Assembly: GCA_016713885.1 (NCBI GenBank)
Contig: JADJOF010000008.1
Location: forward strand, 3,221 to 67,220
DNA from: Bdellovibrionales bacterium
Lineage (GTDB): Bacteria; Bdellovibrionota; Bdellovibrionia; Bdellovibrionales; JAMPXM01
DNA: 64,000 bases
Direction: 5' to 3'
Under the pieces are notes generated by a model. The model searched no databases. It was given only the letters and a program-made list of their open reading frames with translations, and was not told the DNA's origin. Shown in pieces: positions 1-8,139 of the stretch (the stretch's first letter is position 1; each line of letters begins with the position of its first letter). Both the position numbers and the translations under genes were made by a program.

Positions 1-10
1 GGGATTTGAC

Positions 11-193
11 TTGGACGAGATTGAAAAATGCGAGCTTCAGGAGAGGATTCTTTCGGTTCGCATCCCCGACGAATACAAGACGAAGTACGATGTGATTCAG
101 GCGAGGTCAAAGAGACGCTTCGCGGATCACATTCGTCAGCTCGTTGTGGCGGCAATCGACCGCGTTGACCTTGATTCAACCAAGGCTTGTTAA
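11..193 (+). CDS. Small ribbon-helix-helix (CopG/Arc-like) regulator; 5' end may lie outside the window
   Basis: Listed ORF 11..193; its frame stays open back to base 2. LSVRIPDE strand followed by two short helices (YKTKYDVIQARS, RRFADHIRQLVVAAIDR) fits an RHH fold. It is the only plus-strand ORF in the phage block. Confidence 0.35.
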   Translation: MDEIEKCELQERILSVRIPDEYKTKYDVIQARSKRRFADHIRQLVVAAIDRVDLDSTKAC

Positions 194-627
194 GTCAACC
201 CCGAAAGCCTTAAGTGCGGCCATACAGATCACGTGAGGCGCAGATTCTCCAGATTCAAACTCCAGGTAGGCGTCTGGACCGACTGTCCACAGAGAGCGGC
301 CATGCCACTTGCGATCAAAGCAAGCGAACCAGTCTTTTACAGTGTCGGTCGGCGAGTAGAGTGAAAAGCAGTCGCTGTTAGATACTGGATCGCGCATCTT
401 TTGACCACTTCCCACGCTGCGGCGATGTCCGTGGAATATGGCGCTGGAAATGAACACTCATCTCCGATCCAGAAATCATGCGATGTTCCTTCACATCCGC
501 ACTTTGGTCCACATCTACGAAGATGTTCATACTCGCTTTGCGAAAGCCCTTCGTCAGTCGCTCGCAGGACTTTGCATCCGAAGACTTTCTCGGCGACGAG
601 CACGTCTAGTTCTATTCCTGTTTTCAT
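176..627 (-). pseudogene. Phage ABA-sandwich-domain protein, split by one frameshift
   Basis: ORF 337..627 (...PYSTDIAAAWEVV) and ORF 176..457 (KMRDPVSN...WFACFDRKWHG...PHVICMAALKAFGV) join into one protein if one base is added in the T4 run at 399-402. The YSTDIAAAWEVV and AALKA motifs match my memory of the phage ABA-sandwich family. Confidence 0.55.
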
Positions 628-956
628 TTCAAAGCCTCCCTCATTAGCGCGCCGAGCAAGTACGCATGCGGCTCGTCGTTCATTGGATCAAACTTGTAGC
701 CTCGCTCGGACAGCATCCAGTTAGTCACATGCAGACACTCGTGAGCTACAATTGATGCGTCTTTGGAAATTGTCCAAATCAAGTACCGACTTTCGTCACC
801 ACGATCCATAACTAAAGCTCTGCCTTTCGCCGCTCCGATGTTCGCGCTATGTCCATATGTTTTTAAAACATACTTCTCGAAATCAGCAGGCTTCCAGCCA
901 ATGAAGAAATAAAAGTTCTGCCGCCATGTCGGGCAGTAGTACCACTTCGGCTTCAT
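624..956 (-). CDS. Hypothetical phage protein with HExxH motif (HECLH), possible Zn-metallopeptidase-like
   Basis: ORF 624..995. The internal ATG at 956 overlaps the upstream gene's stop (ATGA at 953-956). HECLH motif present. No family recognised. Confidence 0.45.
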   Translation of the reverse strand: MKPKWYYCPTWRQNFYFFIGWKPADFEKYVLKTYGHSANIGAAKGRALVMDRGDESRYLIWTISKDASIVAHECLHVTNWMLSERGYKFDPMNDEPHAYLLGALMREALK

Positions 957-1174
957 CGCCTCATCTCCTCGCACCAACGGTCGTACTCTTGCCACTGTCG
1001 CATGGTCAGCGTTCCCATCGGCACATCAGAGACAGCGGGGTCAGTGAGCAGCAACAGTGCTTTGAGCTTCTCGACCTTCATCTCTGCGATCTGCGAGCGC
1101 TTCATGTACTCGCCCCATTTGAGGAAGTTGTACTGGCTTTCGCGGACCTTTGCTTTCCAGCCTGTGTCGCTCAT
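953..1174 (-). CDS. Hypothetical phage protein (73 aa)
   Basis: ORF in the same orientation as its neighbours, with 4-nt overlaps at both ends. Confidence 0.4.
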   Translation of the reverse strand: MSDTGWKAKVRESQYNFLKWGEYMKRSQIAEMKVEKLKALLLLTDPAVSDVPMGTLTMRQWQEYDRWCEEMRR

Positions 1175-1404
1175 TGTGGTAGCTTCTCCACTCGGTATTG
1201 ATTCCCATCTAAGACAAACGGTCGACCGCTAGACAAGAGCGCCTCAATTTTAACCCGACGGCTCATCTCCTCAAACCTAGCACGGCGAAACTCATCAATC
1301 TGTGCCTTGGTGTCCATAAACTTGCTATCTCTAAACAACGAAAAACCAATAAAAAATCCATTAGTTACAACGTAAAATGTTGCTAGATGCTCTATGTAGC
1401 TCAC
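1171..1404 (-). CDS. Hypothetical phage protein (77 aa)
   Basis: GTG start at 1404 overlaps the preceding reading frame's stop (GTGA). Hydrophobic N-terminal segment. Confidence 0.4.
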   Translation of the reverse strand: MSYIEHLATFYVVTNGFFIGFSLFRDSKFMDTKAQIDEFRRARFEEMSRRVKIEALLSSGRPFVLDGNQYRVEKLPQ

Positions 1405-1755
1405 GCCTCACCTCTCTCGATTTCTGCGATTTCTGCTTCAAACTTTTTTAATTTTCTCTTTGTACTTAGCCAAAGATTGGCCGTGATGTCTGTCCGCTGC
1501 TCGATTTCGTTGTTCTGTTAACTTCTCAATCACCTTCGCCTGCTTGGCGATGGTCTGTTCATCTTGAAGGCATTGATTATCAACATCTCGAAGGATTGGC
1601 TCTTTAGTTCCTCAACCTCCGCCCTCAGCTTAGCAACGATGCTGTCGTGCTTCGGAGCCTTGTATGAATTCAGCTCCCGCCACAAATCCGCCAAGCTTGC
1701 AGCACATTGAGGCTATTTCTCCTGCTGTCCACAGTTTCGGCTCATCGTTATTCAT
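1401..1755 (-). pseudogene. Coiled-coil phage protein broken across at least three frame changes
   Basis: No ORF of 60 aa or more here. ATG at 1755 is coupled (ATGA) to the upstream gene, and a stop at 1401-1403 is coupled (GTGA) to the downstream gene, but in a different frame; the 355-nt span is not a multiple of 3. My translation gives consecutive heptad-like pieces in different frames: MNNDEPKLWTAGEIAS.. / ..ELNSYKAPKHDSIVAKLRAEVEELK.. / ..DEQTIAKQAKVIEKLTEQRNRAAD..KYKEKIKK / FEAEIAEIERGEA. Confidence 0.4.
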
Positions 1756-2015
1756 TGTCGACCACCTCTTGTGATTAAAAATACAAATCCGATTCCGCAC
1801 GACACGACAAAGAAGCTAAACAAAATAAGACCGAAGTCGATCCCGCCGCTCTCTTGAACAACAGCCGGGTCAGTAAGAACAGCGCGGCTTTCAGATACGA
1901 GCGTGCCAGTATCGAAGAGCAGTTTCCCGTGCTTCGTCTTATGAATGACCGACTTGTATTCGTATGTTCCTGGCTCAAGGTTGCGCGGGATATCGATGAT
2001 AATTTGATCGCTCAT
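1752..2015 (-). CDS. Hypothetical phage protein with C-terminal membrane anchor
   Basis: ORF of 87 aa with a hydrophobic C-terminus (FGLILFSFFVVSCGIGFVFLI). Coupled to both neighbours. Confidence 0.45.
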   Translation of the reverse strand: MSDQIIIDIPRNLEPGTYEYKSVIHKTKHGKLLFDTGTLVSESRAVLTDPAVVQESGGIDFGLILFSFFVVSCGIGFVFLITRGGRQ

Positions 2016-2461
2016 GGCTTGACACCAATAGTGTCACTACCGCACAATGGCTTACTGCACTCATCAAGCAATTCACCTAGCGTGCTAGTTTTTACCTCAA
2101 CAGCTTTTCCTGAGGAAGTATCAAACCACTTTTCACAGCCGCAATCACACTGGCGAATATTTTCCGGCATCTTTCCGAATGTGAGCTTATTTTGAATTAT
2201 CTCTCTGTCGTGATATATCTTGCCGCGAACAAAGCTCATCCCTGCCCCGCAATCTCGTCTCTCCACATAGACGGTTGAGTGCTGAGCGAAATGCTTCCAA
2301 AAATTGGCACATTCAAACTCAGATACCCATAGCCGTTCGTTGAATCGTAGTGCAGCTTTGGCAACACAAATAACTTTCGCGGCAGTGAGTACCATATCGA
2401 CCATCGCCACGTTATAGAATCGGGATGATGGTACGCCGCCACGACATACGATCCTCGACAA
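2012..2461 (-). CDS. Hypothetical phage protein (149 aa, Cys-rich C-terminal part)
   Basis: ORF coupled to the downstream gene. Contains a CDCGCEKW...C...C cluster. No family recognised. Confidence 0.4.
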   Translation of the reverse strand: MSRIVCRGGVPSSRFYNVAMVDMVLTAAKVICVAKAALRFNERLWVSEFECANFWKHFAQHSTVYVERRDCGAGMSFVRGKIYHDREIIQNKLTFGKMPENIRQCDCGCEKWFDTSSGKAVEVKTSTLGELLDECSKPLCGSDTIGVKP

Positions 2462-2537
2462 TTTGTTTTCTTGAATAGATGAACCGCGTAAATAAGCTTT
2501 CTGACTTTCAATTTCAGTTCGTCATGCTTGGAATTAC

Positions 2538-2834
2538 TCATCCCTTCCCCACAATCTCGTCGAGTTCTTCATCATCTTCGTCTGACCACTCTTCTGCCGG
2601 CCCAATCCAATGATCAACGTCGCCATTTTGCACGCTCTTGTATGCGTGCGAGCGCTGCTCCTTCAGCTTCTCGATTATCGCGAGGAGCTTCGGAACTGCG
2701 TCTTCGACATAGAATTGATACTCGCCGGACTCCCAACATAGTAGCGCTTGAGTGTCATGACCGAAGTCATCCGACCGCTTCACGACTTCGCTTCGCTCCT
2801 TCACCTGCTTCAAAATCTCTTCATGCTTCGCCAC
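2538..2834 (-). CDS. Hypothetical phage protein (98 aa, acidic)
   Basis: ORF in the operon orientation; overlaps the upstream ORF by 14 nt. Confidence 0.4.
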   Translation of the reverse strand: MAKHEEILKQVKERSEVVKRSDDFGHDTQALLCWESGEYQFYVEDAVPKLLAIIEKLKEQRSHAYKSVQNGDVDHWIGPAEEWSDEDDEELDEIVGKG

Positions 2835-3072
2835 GTTTCACCGCCTCTCTATACATGAGCACAGCGAGCTGCCGCGCTAGTTGTGACTCGAAGTCATGTT
2901 CAAACATCTCCGGCAGCATTATTGAGGTGTCTACAAAGTCCGCATAATGAAGGAGGGCGCTATCACCACAGTATTTCTCAACGGCTCTGCATGAGTACCT
3001 ATGAGGTCCTTGAACCCGTAGACTCTCAGCCGCACGCATGAGCCTGTCGAGTCGTTCACGCTTAGTCATCAA
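2821..3072 (-). CDS. Hypothetical phage protein (83 aa)
   Basis: ORF in the operon orientation; overlaps the HNH gene's end by 11 nt. Confidence 0.4.
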   Translation of the reverse strand: MMTKRERLDRLMRAAESLRVQGPHRYSCRAVEKYCGDSALLHYADFVDTSIMLPEMFEHDFESQLARQLAVLMYREAVKRGEA

Positions 3073-3559
3073 GCACCTCTGTCAAATTCAAATTAGCAAA
3101 CTCTCCGAAAAGGTTTCTTGCCGCCGCGTCATATGCCTTCGCTGCGTCTTCTCTTTGCTCGAATAACCCTAAGTTAAACCTGTCCCCATTGTGCGTGATG
3201 ATCGCACGCCATTTGTTACGAACTGCATAGACGCCCTTGATTCCAGAAGTGCTATTTAGGTACTTCCGCTTGTTCATCATGTTTTGCGCGCTAGAGCATA
3301 CCCTCAGGTTTGATCGGCGGTTATTCAATCCGTTCCCGTCTATATGATCCACCTGGAGTTTTGATTCGGTGACTCCGAGAATCAACCTGTGCAGTCGGAT
3401 CGTCTTCTTTTTTCCGTTCTCATATATAGAAGTTCCGGCGTAAGACGAACGGGGCGACCTCATCACATACCAAGCATGTTTTTTCACTAGGTAAAAATCA
3501 GCTTCATCGATCAGTGCGACCGCACCTTTTGTAAGTTGAATTTCCATCGGCTTATTCAT
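3062..3559 (-). CDS. HNH endonuclease with C-terminal AP2-type DNA-binding domain
   Basis: HRLILG...VDHIDGNGLNNRRSNLRVCSSAQN (HNH motif), followed by GIKGVYAVRNKWRAIITHNGDRFNLGLFEQREDAAKAYDAAA (AP2-like). This is a typical phage homing-type HNH architecture. Confidence 0.75.
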   Translation of the reverse strand: MNKPMEIQLTKGAVALIDEADFYLVKKHAWYVMRSPRSSYAGTSIYENGKKKTIRLHRLILGVTESKLQVDHIDGNGLNNRRSNLRVCSSAQNMMNKRKYLNSTSGIKGVYAVRNKWRAIITHNGDRFNLGLFEQREDAAKAYDAAARNLFGEFANLNLTEVLDD

Positions 3560-3854
3560 TTTCTAAACTCTCAATAAACTTCACGCACGCGATGCGGTCC
3601 TTGCAGGCGTTCTTGTCGGCAAACTCTTTCGAGTCGTAAAGTTGAATCACATGATGGCCGTCGATCGTTTTATTGTATTCATTGCCCCACAGCACTCGCG
3701 GCTCGCGCTTCTCTTTCCACTCGCCGAAAACCATTTCGTATGACCAGTCCCCAATTGAGTCAGAATCGAACTCGTCCTTGTCGAACGCAAGGCCATTAGG
3801 GCCAATCACCGTCTTGCCAGCCATCGCCGCTTCTCTTGCTTCAATTATGTTCAT
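3552..3854 (-). CDS. Hypothetical phage protein (about 100 aa)
   Basis: Lies within ORF 3552..4091. The ATG at 3854 overlaps (ATGA) the stop of a hydrophobic reading frame upstream, so I prefer this internal start. Confidence 0.4.
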   Translation of the reverse strand: MNIIEAREAAMAGKTVIGPNGLAFDKDEFDSDSIGDWSYEMVFGEWKEKREPRVLWGNEYNKTIDGHHVIQLYDSKEFADKNACKDRIACVKFIESLENE

Positions 3855-4107
3855 TTGAACGCTCCGAAATACCCGAGACCGAAAAAGATAACCAATGCGA
3901 CAAGCCATACGACAATAGTTTGAACGCCTGTAATAAGCGCGCCGATTCCGTAGTTGTCCCTCCCACTCTTCGAATATGGAACCCAGATTCAAAAGATCGG
4001 AGCGTCCGTTTATCAGTGGTTCAAGTGCTGCCATTGATTGCTCTTCCATCTCATCTCCTCTCAAGTGCCCCGTGTTGCCGGGACCACGCATTCGCCGATT
4101 CCTGGAA

Positions 4108-4443
4108 TTAGTTATTTGTCTCTGGGAGCGCCAACGACAATCCCGCTTTGGCGTCTGCTATAGCCTCATTCCAAAGAACCGTATTAATTTTCTCAAAGAT
4201 TGCGGCTTGCATGGCGATTGCCCTAACCATGGTCTCGACTGAATATCCGTTCTCATGGTGCAGAGACTTAAACTGTTCGGCCAAATCCAACGCTTCACTT
4301 CGCGTAGTAACTTGTTTCCGATCTAGGTGTCCTGTGAATTTGCTCTTGCTCATTAAATACTCCATTTCAAAAGACCTCTCCGCCCGTGCCACGCGCGACT
4401 GGGGCCATGACGCTTCATAAGTCGGGACGTCATCGACGCTCAC
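4108..4443 (-). CDS. Hypothetical phage protein; start uncertain
   Basis: ORF of 111 aa with several internal Met candidates (MEYLMSKSK...). No motif recognised. Confidence 0.35.
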   Translation of the reverse strand: MSVDDVPTYEASWPQSRVARAERSFEMEYLMSKSKFTGHLDRKQVTTRSEALDLAEQFKSLHHENGYSVETMVRAIAMQAAIFEKINTVLWNEAIADAKAGLSLALPETNN

Positions 4444-4538
4444 GTCATCCGTTCTTGCTCGTGCACTTCTCTAGTGGCACCTCGGCCCGACCAATCGGGC
4501 TGGCACTCCACAGCTTCCAGTGCTGACGAGCGGGGAGG

Positions 4539-4649
4539 TCAAAAGTTAAAGTTCAAAACCAGATTCGCGAACCCGACCCACACGCCAACGCAGAACGCGA
4601 AGAGTGCGGCCCAGATCAATTTAAAAGTAAAGTTGTCGAAGGTATTCAT
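4539..4649 (-). CDS. Small hydrophobic peptide (36 aa), single transmembrane segment
   Basis: MNTFDNFTFKLIWAALFAFCVGVWVGFANLVLNFNF. Its ATG overlaps the stop of ORF 4646..4888 (ATGA at 4646-4649). Confidence 0.3.
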   Translation of the reverse strand: MNTFDNFTFKLIWAALFAFCVGVWVGFANLVLNFNF

Positions 4650-4888
4650 CCCAACACCAGCGCTTTTTCTTCTCGCATCAGAGCTGCCTCTGTGACGTTG
4701 TAGTGATTCTTGTTGAGCCAAGCTTTTGCTTTGTGGCAAAGCACTCGAACGCGATAGCTCTTGGACCGATCTGGTCCGAATAGTATTTCAACCGGTACAG
4801 GTGCCGTTGCTATCGGATGCCCGTAGCATCTCGCTCTTGCTTTGACTGGCTTCCAGATTGCGCGTGTGCCTTTCTGAAATGTGCTCAT
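4646..4888 (-). CDS. Hypothetical phage protein (80 aa)
   Basis: ORF overlapping the rusA-like gene's end by 4 nt. Confidence 0.4.
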   Translation of the reverse strand: MSTFQKGTRAIWKPVKARARCYGHPIATAPVPVEILFGPDRSKSYRVRVLCHKAKAWLNKNHYNVTEAALMREEKALVLG

Positions 4889-5313
4889 TTCTTGTCTCCT
4901 GAAGGCGTTGGGATATCCCCAACGGTTGATTGATTTTCTTCAATTCGCGCGATCTCAATTTCGACTCTTGCCTCACTGCCGAATGACTTCGACGCGTGCA
5001 GGATGTGGATAAGCTTGTCGTCTTCAATGACGCCTGACTTTTGAAGCGCGTCGCTGACGCCTTCAACGAGGTTCGATGTGTCGGCCTCGCCTTGCCGGTT
5101 AATGAAAAAGAACCGGTATCGGACTTCGAGCGGTTCTGCGATTGGCTCACGTCCGGCCCATTGCCGTTTCATGTGAAGCATTGCGATTCGCTCCCAAGCG
5201 ATGAACTTGGGCGAATAGATGGCGCGCTTTCTTGAGCCTGAGCCTACGATGCGCTGCGTGTTTTTCTTTACGATCACGCGGCCAGGGATTGAGCAGGTGA
5301 AGAGCGGGGTCAT
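4885..5313 (-). CDS. rusA: RusA-family Holliday-junction resolvase
   Basis: Internal ATG at 5313 (ATGA overlap with the upstream ORF's stop). The profile ...RYRFFFINRQGEADTSNLVEGVSDALQKSGVIEDDKLI... and the size match RusA. The position in a nin-like region after the replication genes also fits. Confidence 0.7.
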   Translation of the reverse strand: MTPLFTCSIPGRVIVKKNTQRIVGSGSRKRAIYSPKFIAWERIAMLHMKRQWAGREPIAEPLEVRYRFFFINRQGEADTSNLVEGVSDALQKSGVIEDDKLIHILHASKSFGSEARVEIEIARIEENQSTVGDIPTPSGDKK

Positions 5314-5516
5314 GTGCCTGTCTTTCTGGACTCGTTTGCGGTCCAAGGGATGAGCCTTGTCACGTCGAGTAGCGTGACGACGACGCCGTCTTTCGTTTCG
5401 ACAAACGTCGCGCCTTCCCATTCGCTTTGAATCTGTTCAGTGAGATTCGTGCGAAGTCGTGGAATCATCGACGTGATGTTTTGACTGATGGCCTTGCCAA
5501 GTACCTCAACCGCCAT
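5310..5516 (-). CDS. Hypothetical phage protein
   Basis: ORF 5310..5603. The Met at 5516 reduces the overlap with the helicase tail to 11 nt. Confidence 0.35.
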   Translation of the reverse strand: MAVEVLGKAISQNITSMIPRLRTNLTEQIQSEWEGATFVETKDGVVVTLLDVTRLIPWTANESRKTGT

Positions 5517-6765
5517 CTTTGTTCCAATGAGGCATCGCCTTTGTTCTGCGGTTTCTTTTGCCAATGTCCGAAGGTATTGGTCCCAGCACGTCGGTAGCTT
5601 CATAAGGTCCTACTTCTTTGACGAAGCTGCGCTCTGGTTGATAGTCAACCTCGACGGCGGCTCCGGTTTTTCCGAATCTGTTTTTCGTTGCTTTGATGAT
5701 GTTTTTGCCTGCATCGTCTTTGAAAAAATGCATGACGCTTGATGCGGGGAATGCCGATCGTTTTGATCCGCTCATCTTACCGTCGCCGTCGCCCGACTCT
5801 TGAGCGAGCATAAGACAATAGATCGAGAGTTCTTTCGCTAGCCGCTCAACTGCCTCGACTGCGAGCTGGAGCGCTTTCCATTCCGGCGTCTCGCGCGATG
5901 TTTTAAGTTCAATCTTTTGGTCGTAGTCGATAATGAGAAGATCAAGACCGGAGTTGGCTTTGAATCGTCTCGCAAGGGATTCGAGATCAAACATTGATAG
6001 CGTCGTGCCTTTCGTAAAGAACAGGCGCCGCGCGATATGCTCCTCTTGAATCTTTAGGATCTTCTCCATGATCAGCGTCGGATCGCCCTTGATTTGGCGA
6101 TAACTGAGATTGCCCGATGCCATCATGAGTCGCTGAGCAAAGTCGTGCTCGGCCATCTCCATGTTAACGAAAACGGTTGAGAGAGTTTTCGACGCCGAGA
6201 GTGCCAAGCTTGACGCGAGGTTGGTTTTTCCAAATCCTGTTTTGGCGACGATGAGTCCGACGCGGCCAGGATTGAACCCGCCGATCATCGAGCTTAGGTG
6301 CGGCCACTCGTCGAGCTCGCGCTCGGACATGCCGGCTTGAAAGTCTGACTCCATGCGTTCAACGAACGATTGGATATTAACGCCGTAATGGATCGCATCA
6401 GATTTTGGCGAAACGAATCGGAATGCTTGGATCAATTCAGGTCCGCGATCGGGATGTTTCATCAACGCTCGACTGAGTTCGAGTGAGGTCGCTTCGTTTA
6501 ACGCGTCGAGATACAGCCTCTGGATGTCGGAACGTGACGGCAAGTCTTTCGCAACGCCGAGCTGTTTTAACTCCGATTCGAGTTTGAGTTCGGCATAAAC
6601 GTGGTTCTTTTTTTCGCGCAATTCGATGTACTTTTGCGCAACGCGTTTCGTCTCACCTTGCGGCCAGTCATCGGGATTGATTCCGAGCGAACGGAAATCA
6701 AGCAACGCGCGCTCGTCAGACACGAGCCATCCACAAAGCGCTATAAGCATCTCAGAGAGCTTCAA
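5506..6765 (-). CDS. DnaB-family (RecA-fold) phage replicative helicase
   Basis: 419-aa ORF. Walker A AKTGFGKT, Walker B LLIIDYD, and a RecA-like C-terminal layout. Confidence 0.7.
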   Translation of the reverse strand: MKLSEMLIALCGWLVSDERALLDFRSLGINPDDWPQGETKRVAQKYIELREKKNHVYAELKLESELKQLGVAKDLPSRSDIQRLYLDALNEATSLELSRALMKHPDRGPELIQAFRFVSPKSDAIHYGVNIQSFVERMESDFQAGMSERELDEWPHLSSMIGGFNPGRVGLIVAKTGFGKTNLASSLALSASKTLSTVFVNMEMAEHDFAQRLMMASGNLSYRQIKGDPTLIMEKILKIQEEHIARRLFFTKGTTLSMFDLESLARRFKANSGLDLLIIDYDQKIELKTSRETPEWKALQLAVEAVERLAKELSIYCLMLAQESGDGDGKMSGSKRSAFPASSVMHFFKDDAGKNIIKATKNRFGKTGAAVEVDYQPERSFVKEVGPYEATDVLGPIPSDIGKRNRRTKAMPHWNKDGG

Positions 6766-7562
6766 AGCACGCCCCCTACATCGGACAGCCTTTCACTTAT
6801 CTCGCGTCGCCATGAGGCGCTGGCGTACTTTAAAGGGCTATCTGGCTTGTTCTCGAAGATCGAGTCAGCCAAACCTTCGAGCCATGACCAACATTCCTCT
6901 GGTTTTTCAAAAGCCCGAATTGCTTCGCTAAGCTTCTGGGAAGTGACGAAGGATTGAAGACTCTCGTCACCAGATCTCTCGACGAAATACTTAAAGCAAT
7001 CTTTGAACTTCTCACGGTCTGCTGAAAACTGACGTTCAAAACGAGTGATTGGATTCTTAACGGATTCCTTGCCCCCCTCTTTCGCTAACTCTTTTTCAGG
7101 AACATCAACCACGTCGGAAGAGAGTAAGGAGTTGGAGTTAAGAGTAGAGAGAGAAGAGGAAAGAGAAGAGAGTAAAGAGCCTGGACGATCCTGGTGAGTG
7201 CTGGATGAGTGCTGGTCGCTGCTGGATGACTCACCAGCACTGCTGGATGGCTGCTGGACTGTTTTCTTCACCTTCTTTTTAAAACTGCCGTCTTTATTTC
7301 GCACTGCGGTCTTGGCGCGAGTCTCTCCACCGGCCTGTTTTTGAAACAACCACTGGAATGCGTCTTCTGATCCGCGAACGTAAACGCCGTCGCCTCGGAT
7401 CTCCGCAAGTCCGCCTGGTGCATAAAGCACTGCTGGAAGCCCGGCCGCCTCAAACCTGGACAGCGGAATCAGTTGGCGAGAAGGGAACCAGAATTCTTGA
7501 GCGAGTTGAAATAGCTCGACCACGATCCCTTTCGCCATGTGCCGACTTTGAACGGCGATCAT
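6762..7562 (-). CDS. Putative phage replication-initiator (lambda O-like position); start uncertain (ORF runs to 7784)
   Basis: Immediately upstream of the helicase, with a 4-nt overlap. N-terminal region, Ser-rich linker and acidic C-terminal region. The call rests on synteny only; no motif recognised. Confidence 0.4.
   Translation of the reverse strand: MIAVQSRHMAKGIVVELFQLAQEFWFPSRQLIPLSRFEAAGLPAVLYAPGGLAEIRGDGVYVRGSEDAFQWLFQKQAGGETRAKTAVRNKDGSFKKKVKKTVQQPSSSAGESSSSDQHSSSTHQDRPGSLLSSLSSSLSTLNSNSLLSSDVVDVPEKELAKEGGKESVKNPITRFERQFSADREKFKDCFKYFVERSGDESLQSFVTSQKLSEAIRAFEKPEECWSWLEGLADSIFENKPDSPLKYASASWRREISERLSDVGGVL
7181..7260. repeat. Phased CTGG(A/T) repeat array inside the initiator-like gene
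   Basis: CTGG begins at 7181, 7191, 7201, 7212, 7222, 7243 and 7254, giving spacings of 10, 10, 11, 10, 21 and 11 bp. An inverted CCAG sits at 7235. The array is preceded by a purine-rich tract at about 7117-7180. Confidence 0.6.
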
Positions 7563-7831
7563 GAGGTCTTGAAACCCCTGTTCTCGAAACACTCTTTCTT
7601 CAATATTGATGCGTGCCACAGTCGCCCCCCGGCGGTGCAAAACTTTGTTGAGTTCTCGTTGAGTTTTCTTGGTATGATGACGATGAGTGGTGCGGGTCTC
7701 GCGATGAGACCGCTCGATCTGAATGATTGAGACGCGCCGAAAATGACGATTCGGAATTGAGGAAGTCCCCCAATTCTCCCGCAATGCTCGCCCAAAAATA
7801 GCCTGATTTACTGGTAAAAACTGGAGTGAAC

Positions 7832-7857
7832 GGAGAGACGTCAGAGCGACGTTCTCC
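7832..7857 (-). terminator. Imperfect hairpin downstream of tRNA-Pro
   Basis: GGAGAGACGTC-agagc-GACGTTCTCC, with a T-run about 12 nt further along on the minus strand. Weak candidate. Confidence 0.3.
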
Positions 7858-7890
7858 TAGGTAAACTCGAATGATTCTAGTGAGTTGAAG

Positions 7891-7967
7891 TGGTCGGGGT
7901 GACAGGATTCGAACCTGCGACCTCTTGCTCCCGAAGCAAGCGCGCTACCAGGCTGCGCTACACCCCG
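7891..7967 (-). tRNA. tRNA-Pro (anticodon CGG)
   Basis: 77-nt cloverleaf read by hand. Acceptor stem CGGGGTG/CACCCCG, anticodon stem-loop CTTGC-TTCGGGA-GCAAG, T-arm GCAGG-TTCGAAT-CCTGT, encoded CCA. Confidence 0.9.
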
Positions 7968-8139
7968 ACTTGCAGGAACAAGCTATAGGGTGTAACTCAT
8001 ATTCTCCCCCGCTGTCACTCTGCGCGTGCTAACGCATTGCGGCCAATGACATGGCCGACATGCCTGACGGCGCGACAAACAGCGGTGGATTCTCGCAACC
8101 GGCCGAGCAACACGGCCGCTTGGAACGAAGGCAGGCACA

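Noticed and set aside
7181-7260. The short periodic repeats could be mistaken for a CRISPR array or a minisatellite.
   Set aside because: The units are only about 10 bp with no spacers, and they lie inside a coding linker. This is not CRISPR architecture. No CRISPR array was seen anywhere in the window.
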